A stretch of DNA of 61,919 nucleotides, taken from IMG/VR virus record IMGVR_UViG_3300034025_000033, positions 1 through 61,919 of that record; one strand, given 5' to 3'. Below the pieces are notes generated by a model. The model worked only from the letters and a program-made list of their open reading frames with translations, was not told the DNA's origin and ran no database searches. The DNA is from a virus. Of this stretch, positions 21,441 to 29,393 are shown piece by piece; within the stretch, counting starts at the first letter, position 1; each line of letters opens with the position of its first letter. Position numbers and translations under genes: made by a program.

Positions 21441-24400
21441 TTAATCGCCAGCAGTAGCAAACCTGCCGAGGTCGCGCACATCGGCGTGCTTCTTCGGCAG
21501 GTAGACGCCGTCTTCAGCTTCGCGAATGCGCTTGTTGCGGTTGCGCAGGCTCTGCACCAGGGACGGCATCGTGATGCGGCGGCCCGGGTTCTTCGCGTTG
21601 AACTTCTGCACTGCCTCCCACACTTCGGCCGCGCCTTCCTCGTCGTCCGCCATACGCGCATGCGCCCACTGTTCGACCAGCGCCTGGCGCCTGTCGGTCA
21701 GCACGCGCTCGGCGCGGTACACCGCCGACTTGCCTTCCATCGCCTCACGCGAGCGCGAGGGAGAAAAACCGATCAGCTGCCCGATTTCCTCGATCGCGCT
21801 GGTGTCGTCCAGGATCGGAATGCCAGTCTTGTCCTTGACGCCTTCGCCGTTCAGGCGCAGCGCCTTGATCGGGTTGCGCACCGACACCGGCATCATGTCT
21901 TCCAGCCCGCGCAGGTAGTTGCCCTGTGCGATGTTGGCCGCGCCCTTGGCCGCCGACAGGCCGATACCGGCCACCGGCCCCAGCGCCGCCGTCATCCACG
22001 ACTCGGCCGCGCGCGCCCCTTCCAGCCCTTCCTGCACGTCCGGTAGGATCAGCTTGTCCAGGCCCACGCGGCCCGAAATATCGAACGGCGTCAGGCGCGA
22101 GAAGCCGTGCATCATCACCTCGGCCGGCTTTTGCCCGATCAGGTCCGCGATGTAATTGCGCAGCGCGATCTTCGCATCCCACGGTTCATCATCATCGCCG
22201 CCGATCAGCGTGGCCGCCGACAGCAGCGTGCCCACCACCGGCAGGCCCAGCACGCCGGCCGCCATCGCGTGCGACAGCAGCAGGCCCGACAGGGTGCGCA
22301 GCGCCACCTTGTCGCCCTTGGCCGCCAGCACCGCGTTACGTACAAGCGTGTATGTCATATTCTGGGCATATTGCTTAAATAACAACACAACCCGAGCAAC
22401 TGGACCTTGCATGACACGCGCTCGATTTCCACTGGAGTAATCAAAGTGGGATGCATAGACCTCGTCAACGGCCGATTTATAAGCCGCGTCGTGCGCCATG
22501 CCGGCGCCGCGCGCGAGGCGGTAGGCGGCGAGCAGGGATGCCTGGCGGTTGAATTTCTCGCCGTGGTGGAACATGAACGACGCCCACTTCATCACCGGGC
22601 GCAGCTTGCCGTGCGCCTTGGTGTCGTCGCCCGAGGCGATACCGGCCAGGTCGTGCGCCATCGATACGTCGATCACGCCGGCGTCGACCGCCTGCTGGTA
22701 GGCGCGCAGCTCGTCGCCTTGCAATACCTTGCTGATGTCGTTCTTGGCGCCGGCGGTCTGCTTTGCAGCAGTCAAGAGCGCGGCGGACGCTTTTGCGAAC
22801 CCGTGCTTGGCGGCCAGCATCGGCAGGGTGACGAGCGGCGTCTGCGTCAGGTTGACGACCGCCGACGCCGGCGACAGGCCCAGGTAAAACAGGAAGCCGA
22901 CCGATGTGAGCGCGTTCGACAGACTGTTCCCCTGCGGACTCATATAGGCGTCGTGGCGCTTGTTCATTTCGTCGACCACCTGCTGCGCGCGCACGGAATC
23001 GTAATCAGCGTTCGCTGCCTGCGAATCGACATGGTCCTGCATTTCGTCGAGGAAGTCGGCCAGGCGGTCGCCGTAGCGCAGTTTCGCCAGATACCGGGCA
23101 CCGTGGAACAGATTCTGCGCGAACGCGCGGCGCGCGTCCTGGCTGAAGCCGGGCGTGCCCTTGCGGTGGATGCCGTGCTTGGTCCAGGACAGGTCCGGCA
23201 TCGACTGCAGGTACAGCTGGTTGATGTCGTCCTGCAGTTCCTCGGCGCCGTCGTACTGGTCGAGCACGCCGAACAGTTCCTGCATGAAGCCGCGCGAGAC
23301 CGCGTCGCGGCCGGCGTTGAATTCCTTCTTCTTCGTGATTTTCGACACCACATGCCCGTCGGCGGCCGGGAATTTCTTCACCAGTTCGCGGCGCAGGGCT
23401 TCTGCCTCGTTGGTCGTCTCGGCAAAGTTCACGGACAGGCGCGTGCCGTCGCGGTCAGTCACGGAGACGACGTAGTCGCCGAAGCGCGCCAGCGGGAAGT
23501 AGACGCCTTTGACTTTTTCGTAGAACGTGGCGTCCATCTTTTCCAGCAGCTTGGCGCGGCGCGCGTTGTCGGGCATGGCGCGCTCGATGCGGCTCCGGAT
23601 CTCGGCCCGGACCTTCATCCAGTGCTTGTGGTAGGCGTCGCGCGCCTCGGCGTAGATCGCGCGCGCGTCCGGCGACAGCACCGCCAGCCGGGCCTGCAAT
23701 GCCTTGTGCGCGGCGCGGTCGTCGCCGGCCACGTAATCCTTGGCCGGGTCGATCTGCGCCAGGGTCGAATCGTGCATCAGGTCGGCCAGCTTGTCGGCGT
23801 CGGCCAGCTTGCCCCAGCGGTCGGCGATGCCGTCGGCCTCGGCGCCGGCTTCGTTTTTATCCGCGTCCATCTGCTGCATCAGGTCGCTGTAGCGCGCGAG
23901 CGTCGATCCCTTGACGCCGTCGAACTGGTCTGCGTACAGGTCAACGAGCTGGCGCCTGCCCAGGAACTGCAGGCCCACGTTGCGGAAATCCTTGAGGCGG
24001 TTCGCCGCCATCTTCGGCAGGTCGGTCAGCGTGGCCGCGCTCAAGCCGTTGCCGATCGCGTCCGCCAGGCGGCTCGGCATCGATGCGCGCAAGCCGCTCT
24101 CTCCGATCGGCCCGGTGGCGCGGTTCTCGGCGAACAGGTCCGGCGTGATCGCCATGACGCGCGCCAGCACGTTCTCGCGCGCGGCCGGCATGCCCAGCAG
24201 CATGCGCACGATGCCGACCAGCTTCTGCCAGACCGATAGCTTGGTTCCCGGCGCCGGCGTGTCGGCCAACTGCTGGCGAAAACTCGGGCTGGTCAATGCT
24301 TCGGTGATGAATTCTTCCGGATCGGTGATGCCGTAGTAGCCCTCAAAACTCGGCATGGCGGCCACGTACTTGTGCAGTTCCTTGATCTGGCGCGCCGCCA

Positions 24401-25787
24401 GACCGCCGCGGCCGAGTGCGCGCAGCGTGGCCGCGTGGGTCAGTTCATGCAGCGCCGTCTGCACCGCGCCGACTTCCTTGCCGACGAACGCAGTGTCGTC
24501 GGACTGGCGATAGGCGCCGTTCGCCTGCTCGGCGCTGCCGCTGACGTATTGACCGCTCGGCGTGCCGAATTCGATCGTCGTTTTCAGGTTCTGGCGGCGC
24601 AGGGCCGCGGCCAGGTCGCGCTGCGCGGCGTCGCTCGATTCGGACTCGATCAGCGCCAGCAACTTGTCGACCGTCGTGCCGTCACGGATGACCTGCGCCA
24701 CCTGGCCGTCGATGTCGCTGGCGATGCTGTCGCCTGCGGCGCGCGTGTCCTCGCCCGGTTCGACGATCGGGCGCCCCTTCTCGTCGACCGGGCCGGTGTA
24801 GCTCTTCCAGAATTCGACCTGCGCCATGAAGTCCGGCGCCACCAGTTCGCCCAGGCTGTTCCTGATCGGGCGGCGCACGCCGTCGACCTCGATCGTGCGG
24901 GTGTCGGTCAGGCTGGCGCGCAGCGAATCCTCGTCGATCTTGGCGTTGGCGTCGCGCTCCATCTGCTGGAATTCCTTCCAGCGCGATTCTGCCTTGATGA
25001 GATCCAGGCGCAGGCTGCCCGCGCCCAGCGGATCGGCCTTGATCTGCTCGCGCAGTTTCTTGACCTGCTTGTAGGCGGCAGCCTTGTTTTCCTTGGCCGT
25101 AGCGAGCATGCCCTGCGCCGTGCTTTCCACGTCCTTGCGCGCGATTTTCTTGTCTCGCGCTTGTAGGGCTGGTGCTTTGGGTTTTTCTTCAGCAGCAGGT
25201 GCGGGCGCATTCGGGTCTTCAATGGCCGTGATTTTCTTGTTGTAGGTGAACAGGCGGTAATTTCCGGACTGCTCAACAAAAACAGGGAATTCGCCAACGA
25301 CAGCAGGCTTGTTCACGTCACGGCTGCGAATTGTCTTTGCACTGCCGACCAGCTTTGCGTCGCTCGACTTGAATTGCTTGCCGTCGGCGGTCGTCACGAT
25401 CTGCTCTGCCTTCTTCGGCGCGGCTGGCGGCGCTGGCTGTTCAGCTGGCGCTTCTTCATTTGGTGCTGGCGCAGTATCTGCCGGCGCTGGCTTCGGCTCG
25501 GCGGGTTGTTCCGCCGCCACTGGTGCTGCAACTGGTGCTGGTGCCGGTGCCAATTCTGGCACTTTTTTCGCCCCGCCCTGCGCTTCCCATTGCCCGCGCA
25601 CGGTCTTGACGATGCCCGCCCTTTCCATCTGCGCCATCTGCAGCTGTTCTTCGACGGCGCGCTGCATGGCCGCGCCTGGGGACATGCCTTGCTGCTCCTG
25701 GTACTGTTTGGCGGTGGCGCGCAGCGCATCGGCGGGCACGGCGTCGCGCAGGTTCAGCGACACGAGGCAGGAATCGAATTTAGACAT
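21441..25787 (-). CDS. Giant PLxRFG-domain virion/ejection protein with HExxH motif (1448 aa)
   Basis: PLARFG is at 23478..23495 and HELTH at 24435..24449 (both hand-verified). Start taken at ATG 25787 (MSKFDSCLVSL), which aligns with the 172-aa paralogue's N-terminus. It is the last gene of the late operon. Confidence 0.85.
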   Translation of the reverse strand: MSKFDSCLVSLNLRDAVPADALRATAKQYQEQQGMSPGAAMQRAVEEQLQMAQMERAGIVKTVRGQWEAQGGAKKVPELAPAPAPVAAPVAAEQPAEPKPAPADTAPAPNEEAPAEQPAPPAAPKKAEQIVTTADGKQFKSSDAKLVGSAKTIRSRDVNKPAVVGEFPVFVEQSGNYRLFTYNKKITAIEDPNAPAPAAEEKPKAPALQARDKKIARKDVESTAQGMLATAKENKAAAYKQVKKLREQIKADPLGAGSLRLDLIKAESRWKEFQQMERDANAKIDEDSLRASLTDTRTIEVDGVRRPIRNSLGELVAPDFMAQVEFWKSYTGPVDEKGRPIVEPGEDTRAAGDSIASDIDGQVAQVIRDGTTVDKLLALIESESSDAAQRDLAAALRRQNLKTTIEFGTPSGQYVSGSAEQANGAYRQSDDTAFVGKEVGAVQTALHELTHAATLRALGRGGLAARQIKELHKYVAAMPSFEGYYGITDPEEFITEALTSPSFRQQLADTPAPGTKLSVWQKLVGIVRMLLGMPAARENVLARVMAITPDLFAENRATGPIGESGLRASMPSRLADAIGNGLSAATLTDLPKMAANRLKDFRNVGLQFLGRRQLVDLYADQFDGVKGSTLARYSDLMQQMDADKNEAGAEADGIADRWGKLADADKLADLMHDSTLAQIDPAKDYVAGDDRAAHKALQARLAVLSPDARAIYAEARDAYHKHWMKVRAEIRSRIERAMPDNARRAKLLEKMDATFYEKVKGVYFPLARFGDYVVSVTDRDGTRLSVNFAETTNEAEALRRELVKKFPAADGHVVSKITKKKEFNAGRDAVSRGFMQELFGVLDQYDGAEELQDDINQLYLQSMPDLSWTKHGIHRKGTPGFSQDARRAFAQNLFHGARYLAKLRYGDRLADFLDEMQDHVDSQAANADYDSVRAQQVVDEMNKRHDAYMSPQGNSLSNALTSVGFLFYLGLSPASAVVNLTQTPLVTLPMLAAKHGFAKASAALLTAAKQTAGAKNDISKVLQGDELRAYQQAVDAGVIDVSMAHDLAGIASGDDTKAHGKLRPVMKWASFMFHHGEKFNRQASLLAAYRLARGAGMAHDAAYKSAVDEVYASHFDYSSGNRARVMQGPVARVVLLFKQYAQNMTYTLVRNAVLAAKGDKVALRTLSGLLLSHAMAAGVLGLPVVGTLLSAATLIGGDDDEPWDAKIALRNYIADLIGQKPAEVMMHGFSRLTPFDISGRVGLDKLILPDVQEGLEGARAAESWMTAALGPVAGIGLSAAKGAANIAQGNYLRGLEDMMPVSVRNPIKALRLNGEGVKDKTGIPILDDTSAIEEIGQLIGFSPSRSREAMEGKSAVYRAERVLTDRRQALVEQWAHARMADDEEGAAEVWEAVQKFNAKNPGRRITMPSLVQSLRNRNKRIREAEDGVYLPKKHADVRDLGRFATAGD

Positions 25788-26130
25788 GCAGGGCAAGCTC
25801 CATCAGGAATGCGAGGGTGATTTCTTCGTCGTCGAGGTCGAGCGCGGCGCGCGCGTCTTGCTCGTAAGCACGACTATGATAAGGGCTTGCCTCCGCTTGC
25901 GGCGAAATTTTGGCAACCGTCGCCACTCTTGCCGCACTGGTGCGGCGCACGCGGCCGCCGCTGACGATCGCTTCGGCCTCGTCGTCGTGGTTGTCGTTCG
26001 GATTGGCGCGCACGTCCATCTCGGCCCAGCCGACGCACGGGCGCGACGGCCGGGTATCGAACTCGGCCCAGCCGATCTTCGGCGTCGGCGCCAGCGCATC
26101 GAATACGGCAAAGCCGATGCGGGCGGCCAT
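25780..26130 (-). CDS. Small acidic protein with (I/V)GWxE(F/M)D repeats (116 aa)
   Basis: IGWAEFDT and VGWAEMDV, plus the tail DDEEITLAFLMELALHV. Paralogue of 33406..33705. Its stop overlaps the next gene's ATG (CATGTCTAA). Confidence 0.7.
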   Translation of the reverse strand: MAARIGFAVFDALAPTPKIGWAEFDTRPSRPCVGWAEMDVRANPNDNHDDEAEAIVSGGRVRRTSAARVATVAKISPQAEASPYHSRAYEQDARAALDLDDEEITLAFLMELALHV

Positions 26131-26919
26131 TTATTGAGCCTCGAAGCGCAGGCGCAGATCGGTGTAGTCGGTGATGCTGTCGCACTGGATCGGCGTCAGT
26201 GCCTGCGCAAACTCGGTCGGCGTCGTCGGCAGCACCGGATGATCCCACCTGGCGATCATGGCCGCGCCCTGCATCAGCCTGACGACCATGCCCCCGGCGC
26301 CTTCGTCCCATACCTGATAACGCACCTTCTGGCCTGCGCTCGATTCCGGATCTTTTACTGGCCCCAGCCGGATCTCGCAATAAGCATTCGGGTTCGGTTC
26401 CGGCGCATAAATAAAATCGCTGCTTTTCGGATTCGGCTCGTCGATCATCGACGCCAGCGTGGCGCCGGCCTGCGACGGCAGCCAGTTGCCTGTTGCCACG
26501 TCGGCATAGGGCCGTGCAAAGCGCGCCGCCGTTTCCACCTCGTCGGGCGGATTGATGATCGCTTTCGTGATGACGGCCAGCGCCAGCGCGGCCGATACGA
26601 GATTGCCGCTGTCGCGCGCACGCACGCGGGTCTGGTACGTGGTCGCCGGCTGGCGCCCGCCAAACGTGGCATTGAGAACGTTGCCCACGTCGCCCCATGT
26701 TGCGCCACCGTCCAGGCTGACTTCGTAAGTGGCGACACCGACATCATCGGTCGCCGGTGGCCACGCCAGCGTAAAACTGTTGGTGCCGACAACGGGTGCG
26801 GTCAGTTCGCCGGCGAGGAAGGGCGGCGCATTGGCCGGGCCGCCGCCGTTGTCGACAAGGCCCTGGTCAACGAATACCGCGTCGTCGCCGCTGCGGTTGG
26901 GCAGGAACAGGCGGTCCAT
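26131..26919 (-). CDS. Tail-associated protein: FN3 domain plus conserved 130-aa C-terminal domain (262 aa)
   Basis: FTLAWPPATDDVGVATYEVSLDGG...YQTRVRARDSGN is FN3-like. The C-terminal 130 aa are paralogous to the C-terminus of the 513-aa protein. Confidence 0.75.
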   Translation of the reverse strand: MDRLFLPNRSGDDAVFVDQGLVDNGGGPANAPPFLAGELTAPVVGTNSFTLAWPPATDDVGVATYEVSLDGGATWGDVGNVLNATFGGRQPATTYQTRVRARDSGNLVSAALALAVITKAIINPPDEVETAARFARPYADVATGNWLPSQAGATLASMIDEPNPKSSDFIYAPEPNPNAYCEIRLGPVKDPESSAGQKVRYQVWDEGAGGMVVRLMQGAAMIARWDHPVLPTTPTEFAQALTPIQCDSITDYTDLRLRFEAQ

Positions 26920-29393
26920 TATTCCACCACCACCGGGCCGGAAAACGCTTTGTGATTGATCGCCGGGTTGCCGGTGTCATCACTCACATCGAGGCGTCCG
27001 ATGTCGCCGACCCAAAGGCTTGAATTCGGCAGCGGGATCAGGATTTCGCCGTTCGCATCCGTTGTCTCCGTTGCCCCCTTATCGGTCGGCGCTCCGATCA
27101 GATCCAGCGTCGGCTGGTCGAACCACGCATAGCGCAGGCCCGCCAGGTTCGGGATCGGCACCTTGACGCCGCCTACGAACTGGGTCAGCCGGAAGCGCAC
27201 AAACGGCGCGCGCGGCGTGAACGATTCCGATGGCTCCGACGGCTCGCTGGCGCCGACTTCATTGATGGCAACGACCGTCACCGTGGCGGCAACGTCGCGC
27301 GGCAGGTTGATGCGTACCGGGCTGTCCTTCCCCTCTGCCGTTTGTCCGCTTGATGCAGTCACGCGGAACGAGTTGACAGGCCAGCCGCCATCGTTGACGG
27401 GCGCGGTGAAGAACACGAGCGCATAACCGTTGCGCGCCTGCACCGTCACGTCGGTCGGGGCGTCTGGCGCGCTGCCCGGCGTGACCGGCTGCGACGGCAG
27501 GGATGCCGGCCCCGGACCGTTGGCGTTGATGGCAACGACGGTTGCCGTCACTACCGTGCCGTCTCCAGCCTCGACGACGATCGGGCTGCTGCTGCTGCTG
27601 GCCGTCTCGCCGTCCGATGTGGTGACGCGGTATTCGATGACAGGAGAACCGCCGTCGGAGAGGGGCGGCAGGAAGCTGACGAGGATGGCGCCGTTGAGGG
27701 CCGACGCGGAGACGTTGCGCGGCGCGCCGGGCACGCCAGGGGCGGGCGTAACCTGGTTGGAAGGTGCCGACTCGGGACCGAAGCCGACGACGTTTTCAGC
27801 GGCCACGGTAACGGTCAGCGACGCGCCGTTCGGGGCATTCAGCGGAATCGGGCTGGCCTGCCCGGTTGCCACCTGGCCGGTCGAGGCGGTGACGCGGTAG
27901 CCGGTAATTTCCGCGCCGCCGTTGCTGGCCGGCTCGGTGAACGACACCCTGACAATGCCGTTTCCGGCGGTAGCCGTGACGTTGGACGGGGCGCCGGGCG
28001 CTACGGCGTTCGGGGCGGTGCCAGGGCCGGAGCCGCCGCCGGCCACGCCCATGATGGAAAACGGCGTACCGTTCGCCGTGACATCGCCCGATTCGTTCGT
28101 TGCCGTGACGACGACATCGTATTTGCCCGGCGCCACCGCTTCAAACTGCGCCGGCACGGTGGCGGCATTGACGCTGTAACTTGGCGTCACGGTCAGCGAG
28201 CGGCTGACGGCGCCATCGCCTTTTGCCACCAGGTCCACCACCAGCGTTCTGGCGCGCTGGAAGGCGATCGACAGGCTGACGTTCTGGCCGTCGGGCGGGT
28301 CTTGTGTCGCCACGCTGACGCTCGGCCTGGGCGGCGCGGTCGTGACGGTGATGCTGTCGACCAGGGACGTGTTGTTCGAATAGCGCACTTCCAGCAGGCC
28401 GGTCGATGGCGTTGTGGCCGGCATCGTCCCGGAGAAGCTGCCGCCCGACGGGCTGGCCACCAGCGTTACCCAAGTTCCGCCCTTGAAGCGCGCCTGGATG
28501 CTCGTCGGCGTGCTGCCGGAATAAGTGCCGGAAACCAGGAACCCTTCGCTGTTGACGGTTGCATTCGGCACCGGGCCGGTGATCTTGATGCCCGGCGCCA
28601 CCACGGCCATGTTGTCGTAGCCGGCGTATGGGTCGCGCCGGTGCTGGATGACTTCGGCCTGGCTCAGTGCCCGGTTCCATACCGTATCGTCGATCAGGAT
28701 CAGGTCGCTGGTGGAGCTGCCGGCATAGCCGTGATAGGTGCCGGACGACGCGCCGGTCCATGGTCCGCCGCCGGTATTCAGGCTGTTCGACGTGCCGGCA
28801 ACAGCCAGCACGTCGTTGACGTAGACGCTGACGGTGGTTCCGTCGCGCACCATGTACAGGTCGACGATCGAGCCGAACGGGACGCGCAGATTTTCAGCCG
28901 TGCGCGCCGAGACGACGGGGAAGGACGTATGTTCGCCGAATATCCAGAAGAAGCACACATAGCCATCGGCTGATTCAACGGTCGACAGCGTGATCTTTAC
29001 GCCGCTGGCGTTGGAATAGCGGGCGATGGCGCGTACCGACGTGGTCGTGAAAGCCGACGGCGCCCGGTAGCGGTGATGGAGGGTGAACGGCCCGTTGTCG
29101 CCGATTCCCAGCCTTGACAGGTCCATGCCGCGGTACGCCTGCACGGCGCCGCTCTTGTTCTGGCTGATGTCGCGGCCGTAGATGCCGGGCGCTGCCAGCA
29201 CGGTCGGGAAGTTCGCGCCGGCGTCCTTGGTCAGCGCATGGGTGCCGGCGTGCGGCGCGCCGTCACCGCCGGCAAACCCGCTACTCGGGTCGCCCGCATA
29301 GTCGAACGCGGACGTGATCCCGGCATTGAGCGAATACTGGGTCGGCGTCTTGAGTTTAAGGGGATAGATGCGCAGGTTGCGGTCAATAGCCAT
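26919..29393 (-). CDS. Tail fibre/spike-like protein: LamG-like domain plus three FN3 domains (824 aa)
   Basis: ...VYVNDVLAVAG...LILIDDTVWNRALSQAEVIQH is Laminin_G_3-like. Three consecutive ~88-aa FN3 units follow. Confidence 0.8.
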   Translation of the reverse strand: MAIDRNLRIYPLKLKTPTQYSLNAGITSAFDYAGDPSSGFAGGDGAPHAGTHALTKDAGANFPTVLAAPGIYGRDISQNKSGAVQAYRGMDLSRLGIGDNGPFTLHHRYRAPSAFTTTSVRAIARYSNASGVKITLSTVESADGYVCFFWIFGEHTSFPVVSARTAENLRVPFGSIVDLYMVRDGTTVSVYVNDVLAVAGTSNSLNTGGGPWTGASSGTYHGYAGSSTSDLILIDDTVWNRALSQAEVIQHRRDPYAGYDNMAVVAPGIKITGPVPNATVNSEGFLVSGTYSGSTPTSIQARFKGGTWVTLVASPSGGSFSGTMPATTPSTGLLEVRYSNNTSLVDSITVTTAPPRPSVSVATQDPPDGQNVSLSIAFQRARTLVVDLVAKGDGAVSRSLTVTPSYSVNAATVPAQFEAVAPGKYDVVVTATNESGDVTANGTPFSIMGVAGGGSGPGTAPNAVAPGAPSNVTATAGNGIVRVSFTEPASNGGAEITGYRVTASTGQVATGQASPIPLNAPNGASLTVTVAAENVVGFGPESAPSNQVTPAPGVPGAPRNVSASALNGAILVSFLPPLSDGGSPVIEYRVTTSDGETASSSSSPIVVEAGDGTVVTATVVAINANGPGPASLPSQPVTPGSAPDAPTDVTVQARNGYALVFFTAPVNDGGWPVNSFRVTASSGQTAEGKDSPVRINLPRDVAATVTVVAINEVGASEPSEPSESFTPRAPFVRFRLTQFVGGVKVPIPNLAGLRYAWFDQPTLDLIGAPTDKGATETTDANGEILIPLPNSSLWVGDIGRLDVSDDTGNPAINHKAFSGPVVVE
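27213..28001 (-). repeat. Three tandem FN3-encoding units
   Basis: Units at 27744..28001, 27477..27743 and 27213..27476. Each reads AP..P.NV.a....g...VsF..P..dGG..i..YrVt.s.G......sP......g...tvtVvA.N..G.g..S.ps..vtP. Confidence 0.8.
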
